Source: an uncultured Chloroflexia bacterium
GTDB lineage: Bacteria > Chloroflexota > Limnocylindria > Limnocylindrales > CSP1-4
DNA length: 64,000 nt
Assembly (NCBI GenBank): GCA_963748625.1
Contig: CAVVJT010000004.1
Coordinates: 160,001-224,000, forward strand
Direction: 5' to 3'
Shown: positions 27,695 through 37,485 of the stretch, in pieces
Position numbering within the stretch: the first letter of the stretch is position 1
Layout of the letters: every line of letters starts with the position of its first letter
Position numbers and translations under genes: made by a program
Notes under the pieces: model-generated
The model's database searches: none
What the model was told of the DNA's origin: nothing
The model's input: only the letters and a program-made list of their open reading frames with translations

Positions 27695-30040
27695 CTACCG
27701 GCGCCGGCGACCGCGCCGCGGCCGCCGGAAGGCGAGCCGGAGCAGCGAGATCCGCAACCGCCGGGTGGCGTCACGCACCGCGTCGAGCCGCGCGCCACCG
27801 AGGTGCACCCTTGCGTACTGGGTCTCCACCTTCGCGTCGGCGACCGTCTGCAGGTCTTCCCGCGCGATCGGCACCAGCTCGGCGAGCGTGCCCGCGTACT
27901 CGTACACCGTCTGCGTGGGCCGGGGGCCGAAGCCGAACCGCGAGGCGGCCTTCAGCATTGTCGCCCACGCAGCGTCAGGGCTGACCTCCGTGCGCGGACC
28001 CCGCATCCAGGCGGCGATTGCAAGGCCGATCACCACGACGGCGAGGAGCACCGCCAGCACGATCAGGACCATCCGGTCCACCGGGGCGCCGTCCGGGGTC
28101 GGAATGACCTCACCCGCCGGGGTGTCGCCGTTCAGGAGACGGGTCGGGTCGGGCTGCTCGGGCAGGCGCGACACTGCGGGGGTCGGGGCCGCCGCCTCGA
28201 CCGCCGGGCCTGCCGGGATCACCGATGGGCGCCCCACCCCGCCGCCGGTGGGATCGAAGGAGATCCACCCATAGCCCGGGAAGTACACCTCGACCCAGGC
28301 GTGGGCATTCTGGGCCTGGACCGTCTCGACGCCGCCGCTGCGCGTGCCCGGCAGGAAGCCCTGGATCAGGCGGGTGGGGATCGGGTTGTCGGGGTTGGCA
28401 GCCCGGAGCAGGATCGCCATCGTGGAGGCGTAGTGGAGGCAGTAGCCCCGCTGGCTTCGGGCGAAGCACTCCACGGCGCTCACCACGTCGCACGGCCCCG
28501 TGCCGTTGACGGTGTACTGGAAGTGGATCTCATCCTGCAGGTAGGCCTGCATCACCAGGGCCAGCGTGTACGGATCACGGTCCGGCGCCTCGGCGAGGAT
28601 GGCGGCCAGCAGCTCCTGCGAGTCTGGGCCCAGCGCGTCCGCCGGCACATCCGTGTAGCGGGCGCTGATCTCGGGCGGGTAGTCCTCGGACGCCGCCTGC
28701 AACTGGTTGCCCGTGATGCCGTTGACGATGCCGCCCTCCAGGAGGTCCTCGTCAGCGATCTGGAGCACCGCGGCGTAGACGGTGTAACGATCCTGGTCGT
28801 CGGACACCTCCACGCCCGCGAGGGAGCCCTCCTCGCCCTGCAGCAGCACGTCCGCGAGCCGGTCGGCGACCACCGGGATGCCCGGCGCGAGCATCAGCTT
28901 GTCCTTGTACTGGTCGGCCTCGATCGTGGCGGACACGGGGAAGGTGAGATCGCGTGACGCCTCTTCGGGCGTCCCGGCGAGGAGGGCGGCGCCGCCCTCG
29001 ATCGGGATGCGCCTCACGTCGGTCTGCACCCACGCCCCGAGGGCGAACGTGTCGTAGCTGGCGGCGCGCCAGCGGACCTCCGGCATCCCCGCATCGATCT
29101 CGGCGGTGAAGGCGACCCCGTCCCCGCTGAACCACCGTGGCCGGATGACCGCCGAGGATCCGAAGGTGACAGCACCACCCCCGCGGGTGTCCGGGCCCAT
29201 CGGGAACAGGCGGGCGATCTCCTGGCCGATCTGGATGAACTGGTCGTCCACGCCATTCCAGGCGCCGGCAAGCGGGGCGGATGCGGCCCGGGTGGTCAGC
29301 AGCAGGCTCCCGACCGTCGCGAGGACGATGAAGACCGTCCCGCCCTTGAGGTACATGCTCGACAGGGCCGCCGGATCCCCGATCCGCCTGCGCAGCCAGG
29401 TGGAGCGCTCGTCGAACCCGTGCATGAGGATCAGCAGGAACAGCGACGCCACCGTGAACAGGATCAGGAAGGGCAGCTGGTTGCGGGTGGTCAGCGCCAT
29501 GTTCCAGACCAGCACGAGGCCCACCATCACCACCCCGTTGAGCGGCTTGTGATGGCCGAAGACCGCATACCCGAAGAACTGGGCCGTGCCCCACACGACC
29601 CCGCCGAGGACCACGACGTAGTGGACCTCCTGGCTCGTGTACTGGAGGCCGCGCCAGGCGATGTCGAGGTAGGCCTCAGCGGTGCCCTCGGCTGCGATCC
29701 GGAAGGCCACCGCAGGCTCGGCGCCCGGCACCATGGCCCAGCCGGCCAGGATCGGGATGAGGAGGCCGGCGAAGATCGCTCCGATGCCATGGGTGGTCCA
29801 GCGTCCCCAGCCCACCTTGGGTCCGAGCATGCCGAAGCCGAGACCCAGCAGGGCCATGGTCATCAGGTCGTCGGTGACGGCTCCACGGCCGTTGACCCAG
29901 GCGGGATCGTCCACGGCCCAGGCCATCACGAGCACGATCACGATCGACAGGATGACGGTGGTCCAGCCCTCGGCCGGCCGGCGCAGGCCGGGGCGCTCGG
30001 GCTGGTCGGCCAGCGGCACCGGGGTCACGAAGCCGCTCAT
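27695..30040 (-). CDS. TgpA-like membrane transglutaminase-domain protein
   Basis: multi-TM N-terminus; GYCLHYASTMAILLR...AHAWVEVYFPGYGWISFDPT triad; C-terminal DUF4129-like QTVYEYA. Confidence 0.88.
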   Translation of the reverse strand: MSGFVTPVPLADQPERPGLRRPAEGWTTVILSIVIVLVMAWAVDDPAWVNGRGAVTDDLMTMALLGLGFGMLGPKVGWGRWTTHGIGAIFAGLLIPILAGWAMVPGAEPAVAFRIAAEGTAEAYLDIAWRGLQYTSQEVHYVVVLGGVVWGTAQFFGYAVFGHHKPLNGVVMVGLVLVWNMALTTRNQLPFLILFTVASLFLLILMHGFDERSTWLRRRIGDPAALSSMYLKGGTVFIVLATVGSLLLTTRAASAPLAGAWNGVDDQFIQIGQEIARLFPMGPDTRGGGAVTFGSSAVIRPRWFSGDGVAFTAEIDAGMPEVRWRAASYDTFALGAWVQTDVRRIPIEGGAALLAGTPEEASRDLTFPVSATIEADQYKDKLMLAPGIPVVADRLADVLLQGEEGSLAGVEVSDDQDRYTVYAAVLQIADEDLLEGGIVNGITGNQLQAASEDYPPEISARYTDVPADALGPDSQELLAAILAEAPDRDPYTLALVMQAYLQDEIHFQYTVNGTGPCDVVSAVECFARSQRGYCLHYASTMAILLRAANPDNPIPTRLIQGFLPGTRSGGVETVQAQNAHAWVEVYFPGYGWISFDPTGGGVGRPSVIPAGPAVEAAAPTPAVSRLPEQPDPTRLLNGDTPAGEVIPTPDGAPVDRMVLIVLAVLLAVVVIGLAIAAWMRGPRTEVSPDAAWATMLKAASRFGFGPRPTQTVYEYAGTLAELVPIAREDLQTVADAKVETQYARVHLGGARLDAVRDATRRLRISLLRLAFRRPRRGRRRR

Positions 30041-31251
30041 CGGGCCAATGCCTCCGCCAGGGGCTGGTGCGGGCCGACCACGTGGGTCCGGAGCTCGTAC
30101 TCGGCCAGGGTGTGGCGCAGCGCCCGGCGATGCTGGGCGTCCAGCTCCCGTCCAGCTTCGTCCGGGGCCGGGTCGAACGCCGTGACGTCGAGCGACACCA
30201 CGACCGTGGCGATGCCGCGGTTGCGCAGGACCGCGAGCGGCCGCACGAACGCCGGGTCCAGGGCCGGCGTGAGGATGATGGCTGTCATGCCCCGGCGAAG
30301 GCGGCCCAGGCCCGTGGCCAGCGCCTCGTTGAGCGGGGCCGTCCCGTCGGCCTCCACGGCCGCGAGCAGCTGGAGGATCTTGAGCCGCTGGCGGGCGCCA
30401 CGATCCGGGGGCAGGACGGTGAGGCGGTGGGCACTCACCGTCACGCCGACGGCACGGTTCTCACCGATCGCCTTGTCCGCGATGGACGCCGCCGCGCGGA
30501 CCATGACCTCCGTGGTCGAGTCGTCCCCATGTCCGGCGGCCACGGCGGCGTCAAGGTCCAGGAACAGCCAGGCGTCGGCGGTCTGCTCCAGCTCGAACTC
30601 CTTGACCTGGATCTCCCCGGTGCGGGCCGTCGTGCGCCAGTGGATCCGGTTCATCGAATCACCCGGGGCGTAGGGCCGGACCGTGGTCGCGAGCGGCGTC
30701 GTCTGGAGCGTGCGCTCGGGAGCCGCGTGGGCGCCCTCGATGCTGGCAGGTGGCAGGCGCCACATCGGCAGTGCGTCGATGCGCGGGTAGACCACCACGG
30801 TGATCCCCTGCCCCACGCCGGCCGATGCCTCGAAGAAGCCGAAGGGGTCGCCGGTGCGGATCTGGAGCGGCTCGACGCGGAAGTGGCCGCGGCGTGTCAA
30901 CGGCGTGCGCACCAGCCACGAGCGCTCCTCGCGTCCGCCAAGCGACAACGCCCGCCCAGGCAGGCCTCCGGGCAGCGTGGACGGGTTGTGGATCTCCAGC
31001 CAGGGCTTGGGCAGGCGGCCCGTGTTGCGCAGCGTGTAGGTGACCCGCAGGGTGTCGCCCACGTGGGCGGCGAGCTGGCTGACCGCGTACCCGGCCTCCA
31101 GGTCCGTCAGGCCCAGGCGCGTGAGGATGTAGCTGCCGCCCCCGACAAGCAGGCCGGCGTACAGCAGGAAGAACAGGAACGGCCAGCCTGTCGAGAATGC
31201 GGCCACCACGAGGATGACTGCGAGCACCAGGACCTGGAGCCGGCGGATCAT
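30037..31251 (-). CDS. DUF58 domain-containing protein
   Basis: GDPFGF, VRPYAPGDSMNRIHWRTTARTGEIQVKEFE. Confidence 0.9.
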   Translation of the reverse strand: MIRRLQVLVLAVILVVAAFSTGWPFLFFLLYAGLLVGGGSYILTRLGLTDLEAGYAVSQLAAHVGDTLRVTYTLRNTGRLPKPWLEIHNPSTLPGGLPGRALSLGGREERSWLVRTPLTRRGHFRVEPLQIRTGDPFGFFEASAGVGQGITVVVYPRIDALPMWRLPPASIEGAHAAPERTLQTTPLATTVRPYAPGDSMNRIHWRTTARTGEIQVKEFELEQTADAWLFLDLDAAVAAGHGDDSTTEVMVRAAASIADKAIGENRAVGVTVSAHRLTVLPPDRGARQRLKILQLLAAVEADGTAPLNEALATGLGRLRRGMTAIILTPALDPAFVRPLAVLRNRGIATVVVSLDVTAFDPAPDEAGRELDAQHRRALRHTLAEYELRTHVVGPHQPLAEALAR

Positions 31252-31294
31252 GGGACAGATGCCTCCCCGGGCCGTCGCACGTGGACCGGCCCGG

Positions 31295-32284
31295 TCAGCC
31301 GGCCCCGCTCCGTGTCTTGAGCTCGCCGGGTCCGCCCGTCTGGCGTGCCGCGGCCTCGATGGGCGTCATGTCCATCAGCTCCCGGACGACATGGCTGGCC
31401 GAGATGTCGTGGATCGACGAGGACGTCTTGATGATCACCCGGTGGGCCAGGGCGGGCTCCGCGAGCACCTTGACGTCGTCGGGGATGACGTAGTCGCGGC
31501 CCAGGAGGCCGGCCAGCGCCTGGGACGCGCGGTACAGGGCGATCGACCCGCGGGGGCTGGCACCCAGGTAGACGTCGGGGTGGGTCCGGGTGGAGGAGAC
31601 CAGGCGGACGATGTAGTCGGACACGGCCGGATCGACGTAGATCTCCCGCACGCTGGCCTGGAGCGCCCGCAGCTCCTCGACCGAGCAGACCTCGGTGAGG
31701 TCCTCGAGCGGATGGGTGCGCTTCTGCTCGTCGAGGATGACGATCTCGTCGAGGAGCGCCGGGTAGCCCATCCGGATCCGGAGCATGAACCGGTCCAGCT
31801 GCGCCTCGGGAAGCGCGAAGGTGCCCTCGTACTCGATGGGATTCTGGGTGGCGATGACGAGGAACGGGTCCGGCATCGGGTGGGTGACGCCGTCGATCGT
31901 GGCCTGCCGCTCCTCCATGCACTCGAGGAGGCTCGACTGCGTCTTCGGGGTGGCCCGGTTGATCTCGTCGGCGAGGACGACCTGGCTCAGGATCGGGCCG
32001 GGCCGGAACTCGAACTCCTGGGTCTTCTGGTTGTAGATCGAGAGGCCCGTCACGTCCGACGGCAGCAGGTCCGGCGTGAACTGGATCCGCCGGAACGAGC
32101 AGCCGAGGCTGCGCGCGATGGCCTTGGCGAGGACGGTCTTGCCCGTGCCGGGAACGTCCTCGATGAGCAGGTGCCCGCGACACATCAGCGCGACCAGGGC
32201 GAGGCGGACCTCCTGGTGCTTGCCCACGATGACCCGCTCGACGTTGGCCAGGACCTTGTCGCCGACCTGCTGGATGTTGCTCAT
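31295..32284 (-). CDS. MoxR-family AAA+ ATPase
   Basis: [63 protein letters not shown]. Confidence 0.93.
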   Translation of the reverse strand: MSNIQQVGDKVLANVERVIVGKHQEVRLALVALMCRGHLLIEDVPGTGKTVLAKAIARSLGCSFRRIQFTPDLLPSDVTGLSIYNQKTQEFEFRPGPILSQVVLADEINRATPKTQSSLLECMEERQATIDGVTHPMPDPFLVIATQNPIEYEGTFALPEAQLDRFMLRIRMGYPALLDEIVILDEQKRTHPLEDLTEVCSVEELRALQASVREIYVDPAVSDYIVRLVSSTRTHPDVYLGASPRGSIALYRASQALAGLLGRDYVIPDDVKVLAEPALAHRVIIKTSSSIHDISASHVVRELMDMTPIEAAARQTGGPGELKTRSGAG

Positions 32285-32462
32285 CGGACTCCCGTCGTCG
32301 GCGGCCGTGGCCGCGCCTTGTGGCGGATCCCGACCAGACGCCGGGAAGGGTTCGCTGGTGACGACGTCGCGCAACGGGATTCGGGACGCGTCGACGTCGG
32401 GTCTTCTCCTAAGTCTACGGCTGAGGACCGGATTCGGTTCTATCGGGCACCGGCGCGCCTCG

Positions 32463-32813
32463 TCAGCGGCCCTTGAACAGGGTCAATCCGCCCACCCAGA
32501 GCACCATGAGCGTGCCCACGAAGCCCATGACACCCAGGAACGGCTCGCCGCCGAGGAAGGCCGCCACGCCGACAAGCGCGAACAGCGCGCCCAGCACGAG
32601 GGCGATGGCCGCCATGCCGATGCGCTCGATCATGGGGCGCGGGCGGGCAGGCGGGGCGTCGGGGTGGGGGGCGTCGTCGAGGGAGGCGCCCACGTCGTAG
32701 GGCGAGCGGCGGCGCCGGGGCGGGGCGGCGGCGGCGGGCGGTGTCGGAACAGCGGGCGGGGCGGGCTCGGGCGGGGCGGGCTCGGGCGGCACGGGCTCGT
32801 GGGGATCGGTCAT
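32463..32813 (-). CDS. small membrane protein (Pro-rich N-terminus, 2 TM)
   Basis: two C-terminal hydrophobic helices; TACGCT -10-like box upstream. Confidence 0.6.
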   Translation of the reverse strand: MTDPHEPVPPEPAPPEPAPPAVPTPPAAAAPPRRRRSPYDVGASLDDAPHPDAPPARPRPMIERIGMAAIALVLGALFALVGVAAFLGGEPFLGVMGFVGTLMVLWVGGLTLFKGR

Positions 32814-32874
32814 GGCCGGCGCAGCGTACCGCGGGGCGCGGTCGCCGCGTCGCCCTGGCCCCATGCCTGGGCCA

Positions 32875-34416
32875 TCACGGACGACCGTACAGCTCGAAGA
32901 AGCGCTCCATCATCGCGCCCGCCAGCGGGGCCGCCCTGTCACCGCCTCGTCCACCCTGCTCCACCAGAACCGCGATCGCCACCTTGGGGTTCTCCACGGG
33001 CGCGAACCCGATGAACCACGAGTGGGGCTCACCCTTGCCACCCAGCTCCGCGGTCCCGGACTTGCCCGCGGTGGGCACACCATCCACCGCCGCCCCAGGC
33101 GTGAACTGGCGGCCCAGCTCACCCTCGACGGCCTGCTGCATCGCGGCCTGGATCGCCCGCGCATCGTCCTCGGCGAGCACGCGCCGCCACTCCGAGGCGC
33201 CGATCCCGCGTGCACCCGGCGCATCGCCGGTGAGCGCTGTCACGAGGCGCGGCCGCATCAGCACTCCGTCGTTGGCGACCGTCGACGCCACGAGCGCCAT
33301 CTGCAGCGGCGTCACGAAGGTCTCGCCCTGGCCGAACGAGGCCGACGCCAGCTCGGTGTCTCCCTCGAACCCGCCCGGGGCGTTGCCGTCGCCGCCCGTG
33401 ACGCGGCTGATCGCGGTGGGCAGGTCGAACGGGATGGCCGCCCCGAAGCCCATCTCGGCCGCCTCGTCCACCAGGCGCTCGCCGCCGGTCTGGAGGCCGG
33501 CCAGGGAATACCAGATGTTGCAACTCGCCTCGGTGGCGCCGACGAGGTCCAGCGGCGTGTCCCCGGTCTGCGGGTGATGGCCGTCGCGGATGCGGAAGCC
33601 GCTCACGCGGAGGCCGTCCTCCTCGGCCCCTGGCTGCTCCGGGAACGTGGTGGACGGCCCCACGGCATTGCTGTCGAGCGCGGCCGCCGCGGTCACGATC
33701 TTGAAGACTGACCCGGGCACATACCGGCCCAGCGTCGCCCGCGGCAGCAGCGGCTGGCGGGGATCGTCACGCAGGCGGCTGAACGTCTTGCGGGCGGTCG
33801 CCGGGTCCGCGATCGCGCTCGCGTTGTAGACGGGCGTGGAGGCGAGGGCCAGGATCTCGCCGGTTGTCGGGTCGAGCATGACCACGGCGCCCTTGTCCCC
33901 GCCGAGGGCCTTCACGGCAGCCCTCTGGAGGCGCAGGTCGAGCGCGAGCTGCAGCCCCAGCTGCTCCTCGGGCTTCGTGCCGAACTTCGCCGTCAGGTCG
34001 GCGAGCGGATCGACTCCCGCCAGGCCCAGGAGCTCGGCGTTGTAGGTGCGCTCCAGGCCGGCCGTGCCGTAGATCCGCGAGGCGTAGCCCACGACATGGC
34101 TCAGCGCATCGTCGCGGTACTCCCGGAGCGTCTCGCCGTTGTCGTCCCGCACGCTGCGGGCAAGCCAGGCACCCGTGCGATCCACGATCGGACCGCGCAA
34201 CGCGCGCCTGGCGATGGCGATCACCGCGGGGTTGTCGGGAGCAGTGGCGAGGCGCTGGGCCTCAGCGACCTGCCACCAGCCCGCCCCGACTGCCAGGATC
34301 GAGAACGCGCCGACGACTGCGACACCGGTGCGGAACACGTTGGCGCGGATCGTGCGGCGGCCACGCGGCCGATCGGCCGTCCTGCCCTTCCGGCCGGTCA
34401 GGCGTCGGACGATCAT
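32875..34416 (-). CDS. pbpA: class B penicillin-binding transpeptidase (PbpA-like)
   Basis: PGSVFK (SxxK), SCN (SxN), AGKSGTAE (KS/TG). Confidence 0.9.
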   Translation of the reverse strand: MIVRRLTGRKGRTADRPRGRRTIRANVFRTGVAVVGAFSILAVGAGWWQVAEAQRLATAPDNPAVIAIARRALRGPIVDRTGAWLARSVRDDNGETLREYRDDALSHVVGYASRIYGTAGLERTYNAELLGLAGVDPLADLTAKFGTKPEEQLGLQLALDLRLQRAAVKALGGDKGAVVMLDPTTGEILALASTPVYNASAIADPATARKTFSRLRDDPRQPLLPRATLGRYVPGSVFKIVTAAAALDSNAVGPSTTFPEQPGAEEDGLRVSGFRIRDGHHPQTGDTPLDLVGATEASCNIWYSLAGLQTGGERLVDEAAEMGFGAAIPFDLPTAISRVTGGDGNAPGGFEGDTELASASFGQGETFVTPLQMALVASTVANDGVLMRPRLVTALTGDAPGARGIGASEWRRVLAEDDARAIQAAMQQAVEGELGRQFTPGAAVDGVPTAGKSGTAELGGKGEPHSWFIGFAPVENPKVAIAVLVEQGGRGGDRAAPLAGAMMERFFELYGRP

Positions 34417-35876
34417 GCCGACCGCCTCCCCAGCCGGGCGAGGCGACGTCGCCGGCTGACCGGCACGGCGGGCGCCTCGGGGCCACGGTCGGACAGCGCA
34501 AGCAGGAGGCCCACCACGATGGCGTTCGCGAGCAGTGACGAGCCGCCATATGAGATGAGCGGCAGGGTGATGCCCGTGAGCGGGATCAGCTTGAGGTTGC
34601 CGGCGGCGATGATGAACGCCTGGATCCCCACGACCAGGGCGAGGCCGGCAGCGAGCAGCGCCCGGAAGTCGTCGCGAGCGGCGGCCGCGATGCGCAGGCC
34701 GCGCGAGACGACCACCACGTACAGGCCCAGGACCGCGAGCAGCCCGATCAGGCCCATCTCCTCACCGATGGCGGCCAGCGGATAGTCGGTGTGGACCGCG
34801 GGGACCGGCAGGCGGCCGCCGATGGTCGGCAGGCCCGCGCCCAGCCCCACCCCCAGCAGGCCGCCACGCCCGAAGGCGTACAGCGCCTGGACAACCTGGA
34901 AGCCGGCGCCCTGCGGGTCCTTCCACGGGTCGAGCCAGTTGTCCACGCGCGTCTGGACATGCCCGAACAGGTGGTAGAGGACCCAGGAGCCCACGAGGAA
35001 CAGCAGCAGCCCGCCGATGACGTAGCTGGGCCGCCCGGTCGCGACGTAGAGCAGGGCGAGGAAGACCGCGAAGAACAGCAGGGCCGCGCCGAGGTCACGC
35101 TGGACCACCACGATCCCCAGGGCGATGGCCCACATCGCCACCATCGGTGCGAGGTACGGCAGCGGCGGCAGCTTGAGCGGTCCGATCTGGGTGTTCTCCT
35201 CGGCGAGCAGGGCCCGGTTCTCCGAGAGGTAACCCGCCAGGAAGATCACCAGGATCACCTTGAGCAGCTCCGAGGGCTGCCCCGACAGCGGCCCGATGGA
35301 GAGCGAGAGCCGGGCGCCGTTGACGTCCGAGCCGAGGACGAAGGTCAGCAGCAGCAGCAGCACGCCCAGCGCCGCCCAGGAGTACTTGTACGTGCGCAGC
35401 CAGGCGTCGGAGCGCACGGCGACCGCAAGCACCGTGATCACCGTGAGCGCCACGAGCAACCAGGCAAGCTGGAGTTGGCCGAGCAACAGCTCACCGAGGA
35501 ACGGGATCGACTGGGTCACGAGATCCTGCGGCAGCCGCTGCATCAGGAGCAGCCCGATGCCCCCCAGCAGCGCGACCGCGGGCAGCAGCACCTCGTCGAG
35601 ACGCCGCCCGGAGAGCACGAGGGCCGCGTGCACGGCCAGGAGCGCGAGCAGGTACGCGAGCAGGCCCTGCGGGTCGGGTGGGGCGAGGACCAGGCCGCCA
35701 GGCACCTTGCCCGCATCCACGAGTGCCCGGTACTGCTGCGTCGCCCCGAGCGACACCGCTCCCGCCACAAGGGTGACCCCGACCACTGCGAGCAGCGACA
35801 GCTCGGTCATCCGAAGCCTGGGTCGCAGGCGGACGCGGCGCCGGGCGACCGGGTGCGCCTGAGCGGCCGCGCTCAT
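34413..35876 (-). CDS. rodA: SEDS-family peptidoglycan glycosyltransferase (RodA/FtsW)
   Basis: QPSELLK, RDLGAA, HTDY...GEEMG, PLTGITLPLISYGGSS. Confidence 0.92.
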   Translation of the reverse strand: MSAAAQAHPVARRRVRLRPRLRMTELSLLAVVGVTLVAGAVSLGATQQYRALVDAGKVPGGLVLAPPDPQGLLAYLLALLAVHAALVLSGRRLDEVLLPAVALLGGIGLLLMQRLPQDLVTQSIPFLGELLLGQLQLAWLLVALTVITVLAVAVRSDAWLRTYKYSWAALGVLLLLLTFVLGSDVNGARLSLSIGPLSGQPSELLKVILVIFLAGYLSENRALLAEENTQIGPLKLPPLPYLAPMVAMWAIALGIVVVQRDLGAALLFFAVFLALLYVATGRPSYVIGGLLLFLVGSWVLYHLFGHVQTRVDNWLDPWKDPQGAGFQVVQALYAFGRGGLLGVGLGAGLPTIGGRLPVPAVHTDYPLAAIGEEMGLIGLLAVLGLYVVVVSRGLRIAAAARDDFRALLAAGLALVVGIQAFIIAAGNLKLIPLTGITLPLISYGGSSLLANAIVVGLLLALSDRGPEAPAVPVSRRRRLARLGRRSA

Positions 35877-36307
35877 CCCAGGCCCCGGTCCAGGCGCATT
35901 CGAACCTCGCCCACCTGGATCTCATCGCCGAAACCCATCTGGTTGAGGCCCTCGACCGGGACGCCGTTGACGTACGTCCCGTTGGTGCTCTCACGATCCT
36001 CGATGTACCAGGAGCGGCCGCGGAACGTGAGCACCGCATGTTCCGTCGACGCGAAGGGGTCGTCGAGGACGATCGTGTTGTTCACATCCCGCCCGAGCGA
36101 GGTGACGGCGTCTAGGGGAAAGGCGAACCCCTGGGGCGGCTCGCCGCGGGGCGACGCCAGGATCACAAGGCGGCCAAGCTCGGCAGGACCCTTCGCGACG
36201 GCCCGCAGGTCGCGAAGGAGCACCCGGACCACGAAGTAGAGGAAGGCGTAGAGCAGCGCGAGGAACAGCAGGCGCAGCAGCCACAGCGTGAGCACGAAGC
36301 CGTCCAT
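35873..36307 (-). CDS. FHA-domain membrane protein (FhaB/FipA-like)
   Basis: N-terminal TM; LGR...S..HA...STNGTYVNG FHA motifs. Confidence 0.88.
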   Translation of the reverse strand: MDGFVLTLWLLRLLFLALLYAFLYFVVRVLLRDLRAVAKGPAELGRLVILASPRGEPPQGFAFPLDAVTSLGRDVNNTIVLDDPFASTEHAVLTFRGRSWYIEDRESTNGTYVNGVPVEGLNQMGFGDEIQVGEVRMRLDRGLG

Positions 36308-36309
36308 CG

Positions 36310-37329
36310 TCAGACCGGCAGCTGCTCGACCAGCAGGACGGTGTCCCCAACCACGATCCGGTCGCCCATGCCCAACGCGCACTCGTCCACCCGGACGCCG
36401 TTCACGCGGGAGCCGTTGGTGCTGCCGAGATCGGTGTAGACGAGCGTGCCGCGTCGTGACTGGAGGCGGCCGTGATGGCGCGAGATGCGGGCGTCGGGCA
36501 GCACGAGGGAGTTGTCGGTGGAGCGGCCAAGAGTGACGGCGGCCCCGCCCACCTCGACGAGGCGCTCCTTGCCGTCGGCTGCCGTCACGCGCAGGACGGC
36601 CCGGGCCTCAGGCGGGGCGGGCTTGCGGAAGACGAGGGTCTCGGTGGCCTCGCGCCGTATCGACCCTGAGGAGGGGACGGACTGCTGCGCCGGTGCCGCG
36701 GCAGCCTCTGGCGCCTGGGCGGCGGCGGGTGCGATGACGGGGTTGCCCGGATCGCTGCCCATCGGCCGGATCGCGGGCATGTCCAACGACGGGTCGCCCG
36801 CAGAGTCCAGCGCCTCGTCCATCACCGGATCGCTCGGTGGGTCCATTGGTGGGTCCATCACCGGCTCGGGCCAGCGTGGGGCAACGAATGGCATGTCCGG
36901 CACGTTGTGGCTCAGCGGTTCAGCCCCAGGTCCCGGTGCAGCCGCCATCCGGCCCCTGTCGGCGACCGCATCCACCTCGATCTCCGCCCGCTCGACGGCC
37001 GGATCGGCCACCAGGGCAACGCTGGGTCGGCCGGCGAGGTGGTAGTCATGGCTGCGCGCAAAGGCAAGGGTGGCATCGGCCAGGCGGGCGGCAAGCGCCT
37101 CGGCCCCCCCGGCATCCGTGGCAAGCGTCCTGAGATCATCAGGATTGAGGCGTACGCGGTACCGGCTTGGCACCACGGTCCAGGTCCCCTGCTGCTCGCG
37201 CGCCCGCTCCATCGCGCGTTCCACCTTGTGCTCGACCTGCACGACCTGCGGCCGGGCCCGGAACAAGCGGGCGGTCGTGCGCTCGAACACTCGCTCGAGG
37301 AGCTGTTCGAGGTCGGCGAGGGCTGGCAT
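36310..37329 (-). CDS. FhaA-like protein (DUF3662 plus Pro-rich linker plus FHA)
   Basis: N-terminal LERVFE...[13 protein letters not shown]; C-terminal LGR...ISRHH...DLGSTNG. Confidence 0.88.
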   Translation of the reverse strand: MPALADLEQLLERVFERTTARLFRARPQVVQVEHKVERAMERAREQQGTWTVVPSRYRVRLNPDDLRTLATDAGGAEALAARLADATLAFARSHDYHLAGRPSVALVADPAVERAEIEVDAVADRGRMAAAPGPGAEPLSHNVPDMPFVAPRWPEPVMDPPMDPPSDPVMDEALDSAGDPSLDMPAIRPMGSDPGNPVIAPAAAQAPEAAAAPAQQSVPSSGSIRREATETLVFRKPAPPEARAVLRVTAADGKERLVEVGGAAVTLGRSTDNSLVLPDARISRHHGRLQSRRGTLVYTDLGSTNGSRVNGVRVDECALGMGDRIVVGDTVLLVEQLPV

Positions 37330-37485
37330 GGCGGTTGGAACCGTACCAGAGGCGGCCCAAACACCCCTCCGGGACCTCCAGAGCCGTCAATCGGTACCAC
37401 GGGCGGGGGTACCGCGTTGCCTCGAGGCTATACTCTGGCCCCTGCCCGGCTGGCCCGGGCGGGATTGGATCCTCGCGGGGGCACC

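Noticed and set aside
32285-32462. c-di-AMP (ydaO) riboswitch upstream of moxR (CCGAATCC occurs twice on the - strand)
   Set aside because: The remaining conserved elements (GGAAC, GGGGTGAAT) are absent
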